Shown: piece after piece, positions 1-11,500 of the stretch
How the letters are laid out: each line of letters starts with the position of its first letter
Numbering within the stretch: the first letter of the stretch is position 1
NCBI RefSeq assembly: GCF_009914755.1
Contig: NC_060929.1
Reading direction: 5' to 3' (one strand)
Source: the human T2T-CHM13v2.0 reference genome, Homo sapiens
DNA: 64,000 nucleotides
Made by a program: the position numbers and the translations under genes
The notes under the pieces: generated by a model
What the model saw: the letters and a program-made list of their open reading frames with translations, nothing else
What the model was told of the DNA's origin: nothing
Databases searched by the model: none

Positions 1-2544
1 TCAAAAGTAAGGTTCAATTCTGTGAGTTTAATGCACACATCACAAAGAAGTTACTGAGAATGCTTCTGTCTAGTTTTCATGTGTAGATATTTCCTTTTCC
101 ACCATAGGCCTCAAAGCGCTCCAAATATGCACTTGCAGATTCTACAAAAAGAGTGTTTAAAACTGCTCAATCAAAAGAAATGTTCAACTCTGTGAGATGA
201 ATGCACACATCCCAAAGAAATTTCTCAGAATGCTTCTGTCTACTTTTTATGTGAAGATATTTCCTTTTCAGCTGTTGGCCACAAAGCATTCCAAATATCC
301 ATTTGCAGATACAACTAAAAGATTTTTTCCAAACTGCTCAATCAAAAGAAATGTTCAGCCTTCTGAGTTGAATGCACACATCACAAAGAAGTTTCTGAGA
401 ATGCTTCTGTCTAGTTTTTATGTGAAGATATTTCCTTCTCCACCATAGGCTTCAAACCACTCCAATTATCCATTTACAGATACTACAAAAAGAGTGTTTC
501 AAACTGCTCAATCAAAGAAAGCTTCAACTCTTTGAGTTGAGTACCCACATAACAAAGCAGTTTCTGAGAATGCTTCTGTCTAATTTTCATGTGAAGATAT
601 TTCCTTTTCCACCATAGGCCTCAAAGCGCTCCAAATATCCACTTGTAGATTCTACAAAAACACTGTTTCGAAACTGCTCAATCAAAACAAGTGTTCAAAC
701 CTCTGAGTTGAATTAAAACATCACAAAGAAGTTTCTGAGAATGCTTCTGTCTAGTTTTTATGTGAAGATATTTCCTTTTCCACTATAGGCCACAAAGCAC
801 TCCAAATATCCACTTGCAGACCCTACAAAAAGAGTGTTTCAAAACTGCTCAGTCAAAAGAAAGGTCGAACTCTGTGAGATGAATGTACACATCAGAAAGA
901 AGTTTCTCAGAATGCTTCTGTCTAGTTTTTATCTGAAGATATTTCCTTTTCAACTATAGGCTTCAAAGGGCTCCAAATATCCATTAGAAGATACTACAAA
1001 AAAAGAGTGTTTCCAAACTTCTCAATCAAAAGAAAGGTTCAACTCTGTGAGTTGAATACACACATCACAGAGAAGTTTCTGAGAATGCTTCTGTCTAATT
1101 TTTACTTGAAGATATTTCCTTTTTCACCATAGGCCTCAAACTGCTCCAACTATTCACTTGCAGATTCTACAAAAAGAGTGTTTCAGAACTGCTCAATCAA
1201 AAGAGAGATTCAGCTCTGTCAGATGAATGCACACATAACAAAGAAGTTTCTGAGAATGCTTCTGTCTAGTTTTTATGTGAAGATATTTCCTTTTCCACCA
1301 TAGACATCCAAGGGCTCCAAATATCCACTGGCAGTTTCTACAGAAAGAGTGTTTCAAAGCTGCTCAATAAAAAGAATATTTCAACTCTGCGAGATGAATG
1401 CACACATCACAAAGAAGTTTCTGAGAATGCCTCTGTCTGGTTTTTGCATGAAGATATTTCCTTTTCCACAATAGACCTCAAAGCGCTCCGAATATCCACT
1501 TTCAGATTCTATAAAAAGAGTGTTTCAAAACTGCTCAGTCAAAAGAAAGACTCAACACTGTGAGATGAATGCACACATAACAAGAAGTTTCTCAGAATGC
1601 TTCTGTCAAGTTTTTATGTGAAGATATTTCCTTTTCAATTATAGGACTCAAAGAGATCCAAATATCCATTGGCGGTTACTACAAAAAAGAATGTTTCCAA
1701 ACTTCTCAATCAAAATAAATGTTCAAATCTGTGAGTTAAATGCACACATCACAAAGAAGTTTCTTAGAATGATTCTGTCTACTTTTTATGTGAACATACT
1801 TCCTTTTCCACCATAGGCTTAAAGCACTAAAAATACCCAGTTGCAGATTCTACAGAAGGAGTGTTTCAAAACTGCTCAATCAAAAGAAAGGTTCAACTTT
1901 GTGAAATGAATGCAGACACCACAGAGTAGTTTCTGAGAATGCTTCGGTCTAGTTTTTATATGAAGCTATTCCCTTTTCCACCATTGGCCTCAAAGTGCTC
2001 CAAATATCCACTTGCAGATACTACAAAAAAGCGTTTCAAAACTGCTCAATAAACAGAAAGGTTCAACTCAGTGAGATGAATTCAAACATCACAAAGAAGT
2101 TAATGAGAATGCTTCTGTCTAGTTTTTATGTGAAGATATTTCCTTTTCAGCTATAAGCCTCAAAGGGCTCCAAATATCCTTTTGCAGTTACAAGAAAAAA
2201 AGAGTGTCTCCAAACTGCTCAAAGGAAAGGTTCAACTCTGTGAGTAGAATGCACACATAACAAAGAAGTTTCTCACAATCCTTCAGTCTGCTTTTTATCT
2301 GAAGATATTTCCATTTCCACCATGGACATCAAAGTGCTCCAAATATCCAGCGGCAAGTTCTACAAGAAGAGTGATTCAAAGCTGCTCAATAAACAGAAAA
2401 TTTCAACGCTGCGAGATGAATGCACACATCACAAAGAAGTTTCTGACAATGTTTCTGTCTAGTTTTTATGTGAAGATATTTCCTTTTCAACTATAGGCCT
2501 GAAAGCGATCCAAATATCCATTGGCGGATACTACAAAAAAGAGT
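1..2544 (-). repeat. Monomeric (non-HOR) alpha satellite, ~15 divergent A-type ~171-bp monomers, inverted relative to the rest of the window
   Basis: The motif cacaaagaagtttctgagaatgcttctgtctagtttttatgtgaagatatttccttttccaccataggcctcaaagcgctccaaatatccacttgcagattctacaaaaagagtg recurs every ~170 bp. It is the reverse complement of the downstream repeat. No CENP-B box seen; A-box/pJalpha-type motif TTCCTTTTCCACCATAG at 91-107 and 601-617. Confidence 0.95.
91..107. promoter_or_regulatory. A-box / pJalpha-type motif of A-type monomers (representative)
   Basis: TTCCTTTTCCACCATAG sits at the position homologous to the CENP-B box; also at 601-617. Confidence 0.6.
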
Positions 2545-5500
2545 TCAACCTTTCTTTTCATAGAGCAGTTTGGAAACACTCTATTTGTAAAGAAGTCTGC
2601 AAGTGGATATTTGGATCTCTTTGAGGCCTTCGTTGGAAACGGGATTTCTTCATATAATGCTAGACAGAAGAATTCTCAGTAACTTCTTTGTGTTGTGTGT
2701 ATTCAACTCACAGAGATTAACCTTCCTTCAGACAGAGCAGATTTGAAACACTCTTTTTGTGGAATCTTCAGGTGGAGATTTCAAGCACTTTGAGGCCAAT
2801 GGTAGAAAAGGTAATATCTGCGTATAAAAACTAGACAGAATCATTCCCAGAAACCATTTTGTGATGTGTGCATTCAACTCACAGAGTTTAACCTTTCTTT
2901 TCATAGAGCAGTATGGAAACACTCTGTAAAGTCTGCAAGTGGATATTTGGACCTCTTTGTGGCCTTCGTTGGAAACGGGATTTCTTCATATAAAACTAGA
3001 CAGAAGAATTCTGAGAAACTTCTTTGTGATGTGTGCATTCAACTCACAGAGTTGAACCTTACTTTCGAATGAGCAGGTTTCAAACACTCTTAACGTAAAA
3101 CTTCCAAGGGCGTACTTAGAGAGCTTTGAAGTCTACGGTAGACAACGAAATATCTTCATGTAAAAACTAGGCAGAATCATTCTCAGAAACCACATTGTGT
3201 TTTGAGAGTTCAACTCACAGTTTCACCTTTCTTTCCATAGAGCAGTTATGAAACACTCTCTTTGTAGAATTTGCAAGGGTGTATTTAGAGGGCTTTGAGG
3301 CCTATGGTAGAAAAGGAAATATCTTACCATAAAAACTAGACAGAAGCATTCTCAGAAACTAAGATGTGATGTTTGCATTCAACTCACAGAGTTAAACATT
3401 CCTTTTGACAGAGCGGGTTTGAAACACTCTCTTTGAGGCCTTCGTTGGAAACGGGATTTCTTCATATACTGCTAGACAGAAGAATTCTCAGCAATTTCTT
3501 TGTGTTGTGTGTATTCAACTCACAGAGTTGAAACTTCCTTTAGACAGAGCAGATTTGGAACACTCTTTTTGTGAAATTTGCAGGTGGAGATTTCAAGCGC
3601 TTTCGGGCCAAAGGTAGAAAAGGAAATATCTTCGTATAAAAACTAGACAGAATCTTTCTCAGAAACTACATTGTGATGTGTGCGTTCAACTCACGGAGTT
3701 TAACCTTTCTTTTCATAGAGCAGTTTGGAAACACTCTGTTTGTAAAGTCTGCATGTGGGTATTTGGACCTCTTTGAGGCCATCGTTGGAAACGGGATTTC
3801 TTCATATAAGGCTAGACAGAAGAATTCTCAGTAACTTCTTTCTGTTGTGAGTATTCACCTCACAGAGTTGAAACTTCCTAAAGACAGAGGAGATTTGAAA
3901 CACTCCTTTTGTGGAATTTTCAGGTGGAGATTTCAAGCGCTTTCAAGCCAATGATAGAAAAGGAAATATCTTCGTATAAAAAGTAGACAGAATCATTCTC
4001 AGAAAATTCTTTGTGATGTGTGCGTTCAACTCAAAGACTTGAACATTCCTTTTCATACAGAAGTTTGAAACACTCTGTTTCCAATGTCTGCAAGTGGATA
4101 TGTGGACCTCTTTGACACCTTCGTTGGAGACGGGATTCCTTCATATAATACCAGACAGAAGAATTCTCAGTAACATCTTTCTGTTGTGTGTATTCAACTC
4201 ATAGAGTTGAACCTTCCTTTAGACACAGCAGATTTGAAACACTCTATTTGTGCAATTTGCAAGTTGAGATTTCAAGCGCTTTGAGGCCAAAGGTAGAAAA
4301 GGAGATATCTTCGTATAAAAACTAGACAGAATCATGCTCAGAAACTACTTTGTGATGTGTGCATTCAACACACAGAGTTTTTCCTTTCTTTTCATACAGC
4401 ACTTTGAAAACACTATGTTTGTAAAGTCTGCAAGTGGATATTTGGACCTCTTTGAGGCCTTCTTTGGAAACGGGATTTCTTCATATAATGCTAGACAGAA
4501 GAATTCTCAGTAACTTCCTTGGGTTGTGTGAATTCAACTTATAGAGTTGAACCTTACTTTAGACAGAGCAGATTTGAAACATTCTTTTTGTGCAATTTTC
4601 AGGTGGAGGTTTTAAGCGTTTTAAGGCCAGTGGTAGAAAAGGAAATATCTTCGTATAAAAACCAGACAGAATCATTCTCAGAAAATACTTTGTGAAGTGT
4701 ATGTTTAACTCACAGAGTTTAACCTTTCTTTTCATAGAGCAGTTGGGAAACACTCGGTTTGAAAGTCTGCAAGTGGATATTTGGACCTCCTTGAGGCCTT
4801 CGTTGGAAACGGGATTTCTTCATATAATGCTAGAAAGAAGAATTCTCAGTAACTTCTTTGTGTTGTGTGTATCAACGAACAGAGTTGAACCTTCCATTAG
4901 ACAGAGCAGATTTGAAACACTCTCTTTGTCGAATTTTCCGTAGGAGATTTCAAGCGCTTTAAGGCCAAAGGTAGAAAAGGAAATATCTTCCTAGAAAAGA
5001 CAGACAGAATCATTCTCAGAAACTACTTCATGATGTGTGTGTTCAACTCACGGAGTTTAACCTTTCTTTTCATGGAGCAGTTTGGAAACACACTGTTTGT
5101 AAAGTGGGCAAGTGGATATTTGGACCTCTTGGAGGCCTTCATTGGAAACGGGATTTCTTCATATAATGCTAGACAGAAGAATTCTCAGTTACTTCTTTGT
5201 GCTGTGTGTATTCAACCACAGAGTTCTACATTCCTTTAGACAGAGCAGATTTGAAACATTCTTTTTGTGGAATTTGCAAGTGGAGATTTCAAGCGCTTTG
5301 AGGCCAATGGTAGAAAAGGAAATATCTTCGTATAAAAACAAGACAGAATCATTCTCAGAAAATGCTTTGTGTTGTGTGCGTTCAACACACAGAGTTTAAC
5401 CTTTCTTTTCATAGAGCAGTTTCGAAACACTCTGTTTGTAAAGTCTGCAAGTGGATATTTGGACCTCTTTGAGGCCTTCATTGGAAACGGGATTTCTTCA

Positions 5501-8500
5501 TATAATGCTGGACAGAAGAATTCTCATTAACTTCTTTTTGTTGTGGGTATTCACCTCACAGAATTGAACCTTCCTTTAGACAGAGTAGATTTGAAACACT
5601 CTTTTTGAGGAATTTGCAAGTAGAGATTTCAAGCGCTTTGAGGCCAATGGTAGAAAAGGAAATATCTTCGTATAATCACCAGACAGAATAATTCTCAGAA
5701 ACTACTTTGTGATGTTTGCGTTCAACTCACAGAGTTTAACCTTTCTTTTCATAGAGCAGTTTGGAAACACTCTGTTTGTACAGTCTGCAAGTGGATATTC
5801 GGACGTCTTTGAGGCCTTCGTTGGAATCGGGATTTCTTCATATAATGCTAGAAAGAAGAATTCTCAGTAACTTCTTTGTGTTGTGTTTATTCAACTCACA
5901 GAGTTGAACCTTCCTTTAGACAGAGCAGATTTGAAACACTCTTTTTGTGGAATTTGCAAGTGGAGATTTCAAGCGCTTTGAGGCCAATGGTAGAAAAGAA
6001 TAATCTTCGTATAAAAACTAGACAGAATCATTCTCAGTAGCTACTTTGTGATGTCTGCGTTCAACTCAGTGAGTTTAACCTTTCAATTCATACAGCAGTT
6101 TGGAAACACTCTGTTTATAAAGTCTGCAAGAGGATAGTTGGACCTCTTTGATGCCTTCATTGGAAACGGGATTTCTTCATATAATGCTACACAGAAGAAT
6201 TCACAGTAACTTCTTTGTGTTGTGTGTATTCAACTCACAGAGGTGAAAGTTCGTTTAGACACAGCAGATTTCATACACACTTTTTGTGTAATTTGCAACT
6301 GGAGATTTCAAGCGCTTTAATGTCAATGGTAGAAAAAGAAATATCTTCGTTTAAAAACTAGAGAGAATCATTACCAGAAACTGCTTTGTGATGTGTGCGT
6401 TAAACTCACAGAGTTTAACCTTTCTTTTCACAGAGCAGTTTGGAAACACTCTGTTTATAAAGTCTGCAAGTGGATATTTGGACTTCTTTGAGGCCTTCGT
6501 TGGAAACGGGATTTCTTCATATAATGCTAGACAGAAGAATTCTCAGTAACTTCTTTGTGTTGTGTGTATTCAACTGACAGAGTTGAACCTTCCTTTAAAC
6601 AGAGCAGATTTGAAACACTCTTTTTGTGGAATTTGCAAGTGGAGATTTCAAACGCTTGAGGCCAATGGTAGAAAAGGAAATATCTTCGTATAAAAATTAG
6701 ACAGAATCATTCTCAACAACTGCTTTGTGATGTGTGTGTTCAACACAGAGAGTTTAACCAATTAGGACCTCTTTGAGGCATTTGTTGGAAAATGGATTTC
6801 TTCGTAAAAGGCTGGACAGAAGAATTCTCAGGAACTTCTTTGTGTTGTGTGTATTCAACTCACAGAGTAGAACCTTCCTTTAGACAGAGAAGATTTGAAA
6901 CACTCTTTTTGTGGAATTTGCAACTGGAGATTTCAAGCGCTTCGAGGCCAATGGTAGAAAAGGAAATATCTTCGTATACAAACAAGACAGAATCATTCTC
7001 AGAAAATGCTTTGTGTTGTGTGCGTTCAACACACAGAGTTTAACCTTTCTTTTCATAGAGCAGTTTGGAAACACTCTGTTTGTAAAGTCTGGAAGTGGAT
7101 ATTTGGACCTCTTTGAGGCCTTTATTAGAAACGGGATTTCTTCATATAATGCTGGACAGAAGAATTCTCAGTAACTTCTTTGTGTTGTGGGTATTCACCT
7201 CACAGAATTGAAACTTCCTTTAGACAGAGCAAATTTCATACACACTTTTTGTGTAATTTGCAACTGGAGATTTCAAGCGCTTTAATGTCAATGGTAGAAA
7301 AAGAAATAACTTCGTGTAAAAACTAGAGAGAATCATTTCCAGAAAGTGCTTTGTGATGTGTGCGTTAAACTCACAGAGTTTAACCTTTCTTTTCACAGAG
7401 CAGTTTGGAAACACTCTGTTTGTAAAGTTTACAAGTGGATATTTGGACTTCTTTGAGGCCTTCCTTGGAAACGGGATTTCTTCATATAATGCTAGATGGA
7501 AGAATTCTCAGTAACTTCTTTGTGTTGTGTGTATTCAACTGACAGAGTTGAGCCTTCCTTTAAACAGAGCACATTTGAAACAGTCTTTTTGTGGAATTTT
7601 CAAGTGGAGATTTCAAACGCTTGAGGCCAATGGTAGAAAAGGAAATATCTTCGTATAAAAATTAGACAGAATCATTCTCAATAACTGCTTTGTCATGTGT
7701 GCGTTCAACACACAGAATTTAATCAATTAGGACCTCTTTGAGGCATTTGTTGGAAAACGGATTTCTTCGTAAAAGGCTAGACAGAAGAATTCTCAGGAAA
7801 TTCTTTGTGTTGTGTGTATTCAACTCACAGAGTAGAACCTTCCTTTAGACAGAGCAGATTTGAAACACTCTTTTTGTGGAATTTGCAACTGGAGATTTCA
7901 AGCGCTTTGAGGCCAATGGTAGAAAAGGAAATATCTTCGTATAAAAATTAGACAGAATCCTTCTCAAAAGCTGCTTTGAGATGTGTGCGTTCAATACACA
8001 GAGTTTAAGCAATTAGGACCTCTTTTGAGGCATTTGTTGGAAAATGGATTTCTTCGTAAAATGCTAGACAGAAGAATTCTCAGCAACTTCTTTGTGTTGT
8101 GTGTATTCACCTCACAGTGTTGAACCTTCCTTTAGACAGAGCAGATTTGAAAGACTCTTTTTGTGGAATTTGCAAGTGGAGATTTCAAGCGCTTTGAGGC
8201 CAATGGTAGAAAAGGAAATATCTTCGTATAAAAATTAGACAGAATCATTCTCAGAGAATACTTTGTGATGTGTGCATTCAACTCACAGAGTTCAACCTTT
8301 CTTTTCATAGAAAAGTTGGGAAACACTCTGTTTGAAAGTCTGCAAGTGGATATTTGGACCTCCTTGAGGCCTTCATTGGAAACGGGATTTCTTCATATAG
8401 TGCTGGACAGAAGAATTCACCGTAACTTCTTTCTGTTGTGGGTATTCACCTCACAGAATTGAACCTTCTTTTAGACAGAGCAGATTTGAAACACTGTTTT

Positions 8501-11500
8501 TAAGGAATTTGCAAGTAGAGATTTCAAGCGCTTTGAGGCCAATGGTAGAAAAGGAAATATCTTCGTATAATCACCAGACAGAATCATTCTCGGAAACTAC
8601 TTTGTGATGTTTGCGTTCAACTCACAGAGTTTAACCTTTCTTTTCATGGAGCAGCTGTGAAACACTCTGTTTGAAAGTCTGCAAGTGGTTATTTGGACCT
8701 CCTTGAGGCCTTCGTTGGAAACGGGATTTCTTCATATAATGCTAGAAAGAAGAATTCTCAGTAACTTCTTTGTGTTGTGTGTATTAACGAACAGAGTTGA
8801 ACCTTCCATTAGACAGAGCAGATTTGAAACACTCTCTTTGTCGAATTTTCAGTAGGAGATTTCAAGCACTTTAAGGCCAAAAGTAGAAAAGGAAATATCT
8901 TCGTATAAAAGACAGACAGAATCATTCTCAGAAACTACTTCATGATGTGTGCGTTCAACTCACAGAGTTTAACCTTTCTTTTCATGGAGCAGTTTGGAAA
9001 CACACTGTTGTAAAGTGGGCAAGTGGACATTTGGACCTCTTTGAGGCCTTGGTTGGAAACGAGATTTTTCATATAATGCTAGACAGAATAATTCTCAGTT
9101 ACTTCTTTGTGCTGTGTGTATTCAACTCACAGAGTTCTACATTCCTTTAGACAGAGTAGATTTGAAACACGCTTTTTGTGGAATTTGCAAGTGGAGATTT
9201 CAAGCGCTTTCAGGCCAATGGTAGAAAAGGAAATATCTTCGTATAAAAACTAGACAGAATCATTCTCAGAAAATGCTTTGTGTTGTGTGCCTTCAACACA
9301 CAGAGTTTAACCTTTCTTTTCATAGAGCAGTTTGCAAACTCTCTGTTTGTAAAGTCTGCAAGTGGATATTGGACCTCTTTGAGGCCTTCATTGGTAACGG
9401 GATTTCTTCATATAATGGTGGACAGAAGAATTCTCAGTAACTTCTTTGTGTTGTGGGTATTCACCTCACAGAATTGAACCTTCCTTTAGGCAGAGCAGAT
9501 TTGAAACACTCTTTTTGAGGAATTTGCAAGTGGAGATTTCAAGCGCTTTGAGGCCAGTGGTAGAAAAGGAAATATCTTCGTATAATCACCAGACAGAATC
9601 ATTCTCAGAAACTACTTTGTGATGTTTGCTTTCAACTCACAGAGTTTAACCTTTCTTTTCATAGAGCAGTTTGGAAACACTCTGTTTGTAAAGTCTGCAA
9701 GTGGATATTCGGACGTCTTTGAGGCCTTCGTTGGAATGGGGTTTTCTTCATAAAATGCTAGAAAGAACAATTCTCAGTAACTTTTTTGTGTTGTGTGTAT
9801 TCAACTCACAGAGTTGAACCTTCCTTTAGACAGAGCAAATTTGAAACACTATTTTTGTGGAATTTGCAAGTGGAGATTTCAAGCGCTTTGAGGCCAATGG
9901 TTGAAAAGAATAAACTTCGTATAAAAACTAGAAAGAATCATTCTCAGAAACTACTTTGTGATGTGTGTGTTCAACTCAGGGAGTTTAACCTTTCACTTCA
10001 TACAGCAGTTTGAAAACACTCTGTTTATAAAGTCTGCAAGTGGATAGTTGCACCTCTTTGACACCTTCGTTGGAAACGGGATTTCTTCATATAATGCTAC
10101 GCAGAAGAATTCACAGTAACTTCTTTGTGTTGTGTGTATTCAACTCACAGAGGTGAACCTTCGTTTAGACAGAGCAGATTTCATATACTTTTTTTGGGTA
10201 ATTTGCAACTGCAGATTTCAAGCGCTTTCATGTCAACGGTAGAAAAAGAAATATCTTCGTATAAAAACTAGAAATGATCATTCCCAGAAACTGCTTTGTG
10301 ATGTGTGCGTTAAACTCACAGAGTTTAACCTTTTTTTTCACAGAGCAGTTTGGAATCACCCTGTTTCTAAGGTCTGCAAGTGGATATTTCGACTTCTTTG
10401 ACGCCTTCCTTGGGAACGGGATTTCTTCATATAATGCTAGACAGAAGAATTCTCAGTAACTTCTTTTTGTTGTGTGTATTCAACTGACAGAGTTCAACCT
10501 TTCTTTAAACAGAGCATATTTGAAACACTCTTTTTGTGGAATTGCAAGTGGAGATTTCAAACGCTTGAGGCCAATGGTAGAAAAGGAAATATCTTCGCAT
10601 AAAAATTAGACAGAATGATTCTCAGAAACTGCTTTGTGATGTGTGCGTTCAACTCACAGAGTTTAACGTTTCTTTTCATAGAGCAGTTAGGAAACACTCT
10701 GTTTGTAAATTCTGCAAGTGGATATCTGGACCTCCTTTAGGTCTTTGTTGGAAACGGGATTTCTTCATATAATGCTAGACAGAAGAATTCTCAGTAACTT
10801 CCTTGTGTTGTATGTATTCAACTCACAGAGTTGAACCTTCATTTAGACAGAGCAGATTTGAACCACTCTTTTTGTGGAATTTCCAAGTGGAGATTTCATG
10901 CGATTTGAGGCCAATGGTAGATAAGGAAATATATTCGTATAAAAACTAGACAGAATCATTCTCAGAAACTACTGTGTGATGTGTGCGTTCAGCTCACTGA
11001 ATTTAAGCTTTCTATTCATAGAGCAGTTTTTAAACACTCTGTTTGTAAAGTCTGCAAGTGGATATAAGGACCTCTTTGAGGCCTTCGTTGGAAGCGGGAT
11101 TTCTTCACATAATTCTAGACAGAAGAATTCTCAGTAACTTCTTTGTGTTGTGTGATTCAACTCACAGAGTTGAAACGTCCTTTACACAGAGCAGATTTCA
11201 AACACTCTTTTTGTGGAATTTCCAAGTGGAGATTTCAAGTGCTTTGCGGCCAACGGTAGAAAAGGAAATATCTTCGTATAAAAACTAGAAAGAATCATTC
11301 CCAGAAACTGCATTGTGATCTGTGCTTTCAACTCGCAGAGTTCAACCTTTCTTTTCATAGAGCAGTTGGGAAACACACTGTTTGTAAAGTCTGCAATTGG
11401 ATATTTGGACATCCATGAGTCCTTCGTTGGAAAAAGGATTTCTTCACGTAATGCTAGACAGAAGAATTCTCAGTACATTCTTTGTGTTGTGTGTATTCAA

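Noticed and set aside
2581-2935. Small indels (3-bp aag insertion ~2591; 4-bp deletion ~2926)
   Set aside because: Ordinary slippage events in diverged satellite, singletons with no further structure.
2500-3500. L1/Alu insertion at the strand switch or in the atypical island
   Set aside because: No poly(A) tail, target-site duplication or non-alpha sequence; all bases align to alpha monomers.
1-5100. Large hairpin/cruciform from oppositely oriented blocks
   Set aside because: The arms belong to different, substantially diverged families and are out of phase at the junction, so stable pairing is not supported by the sequence alone.
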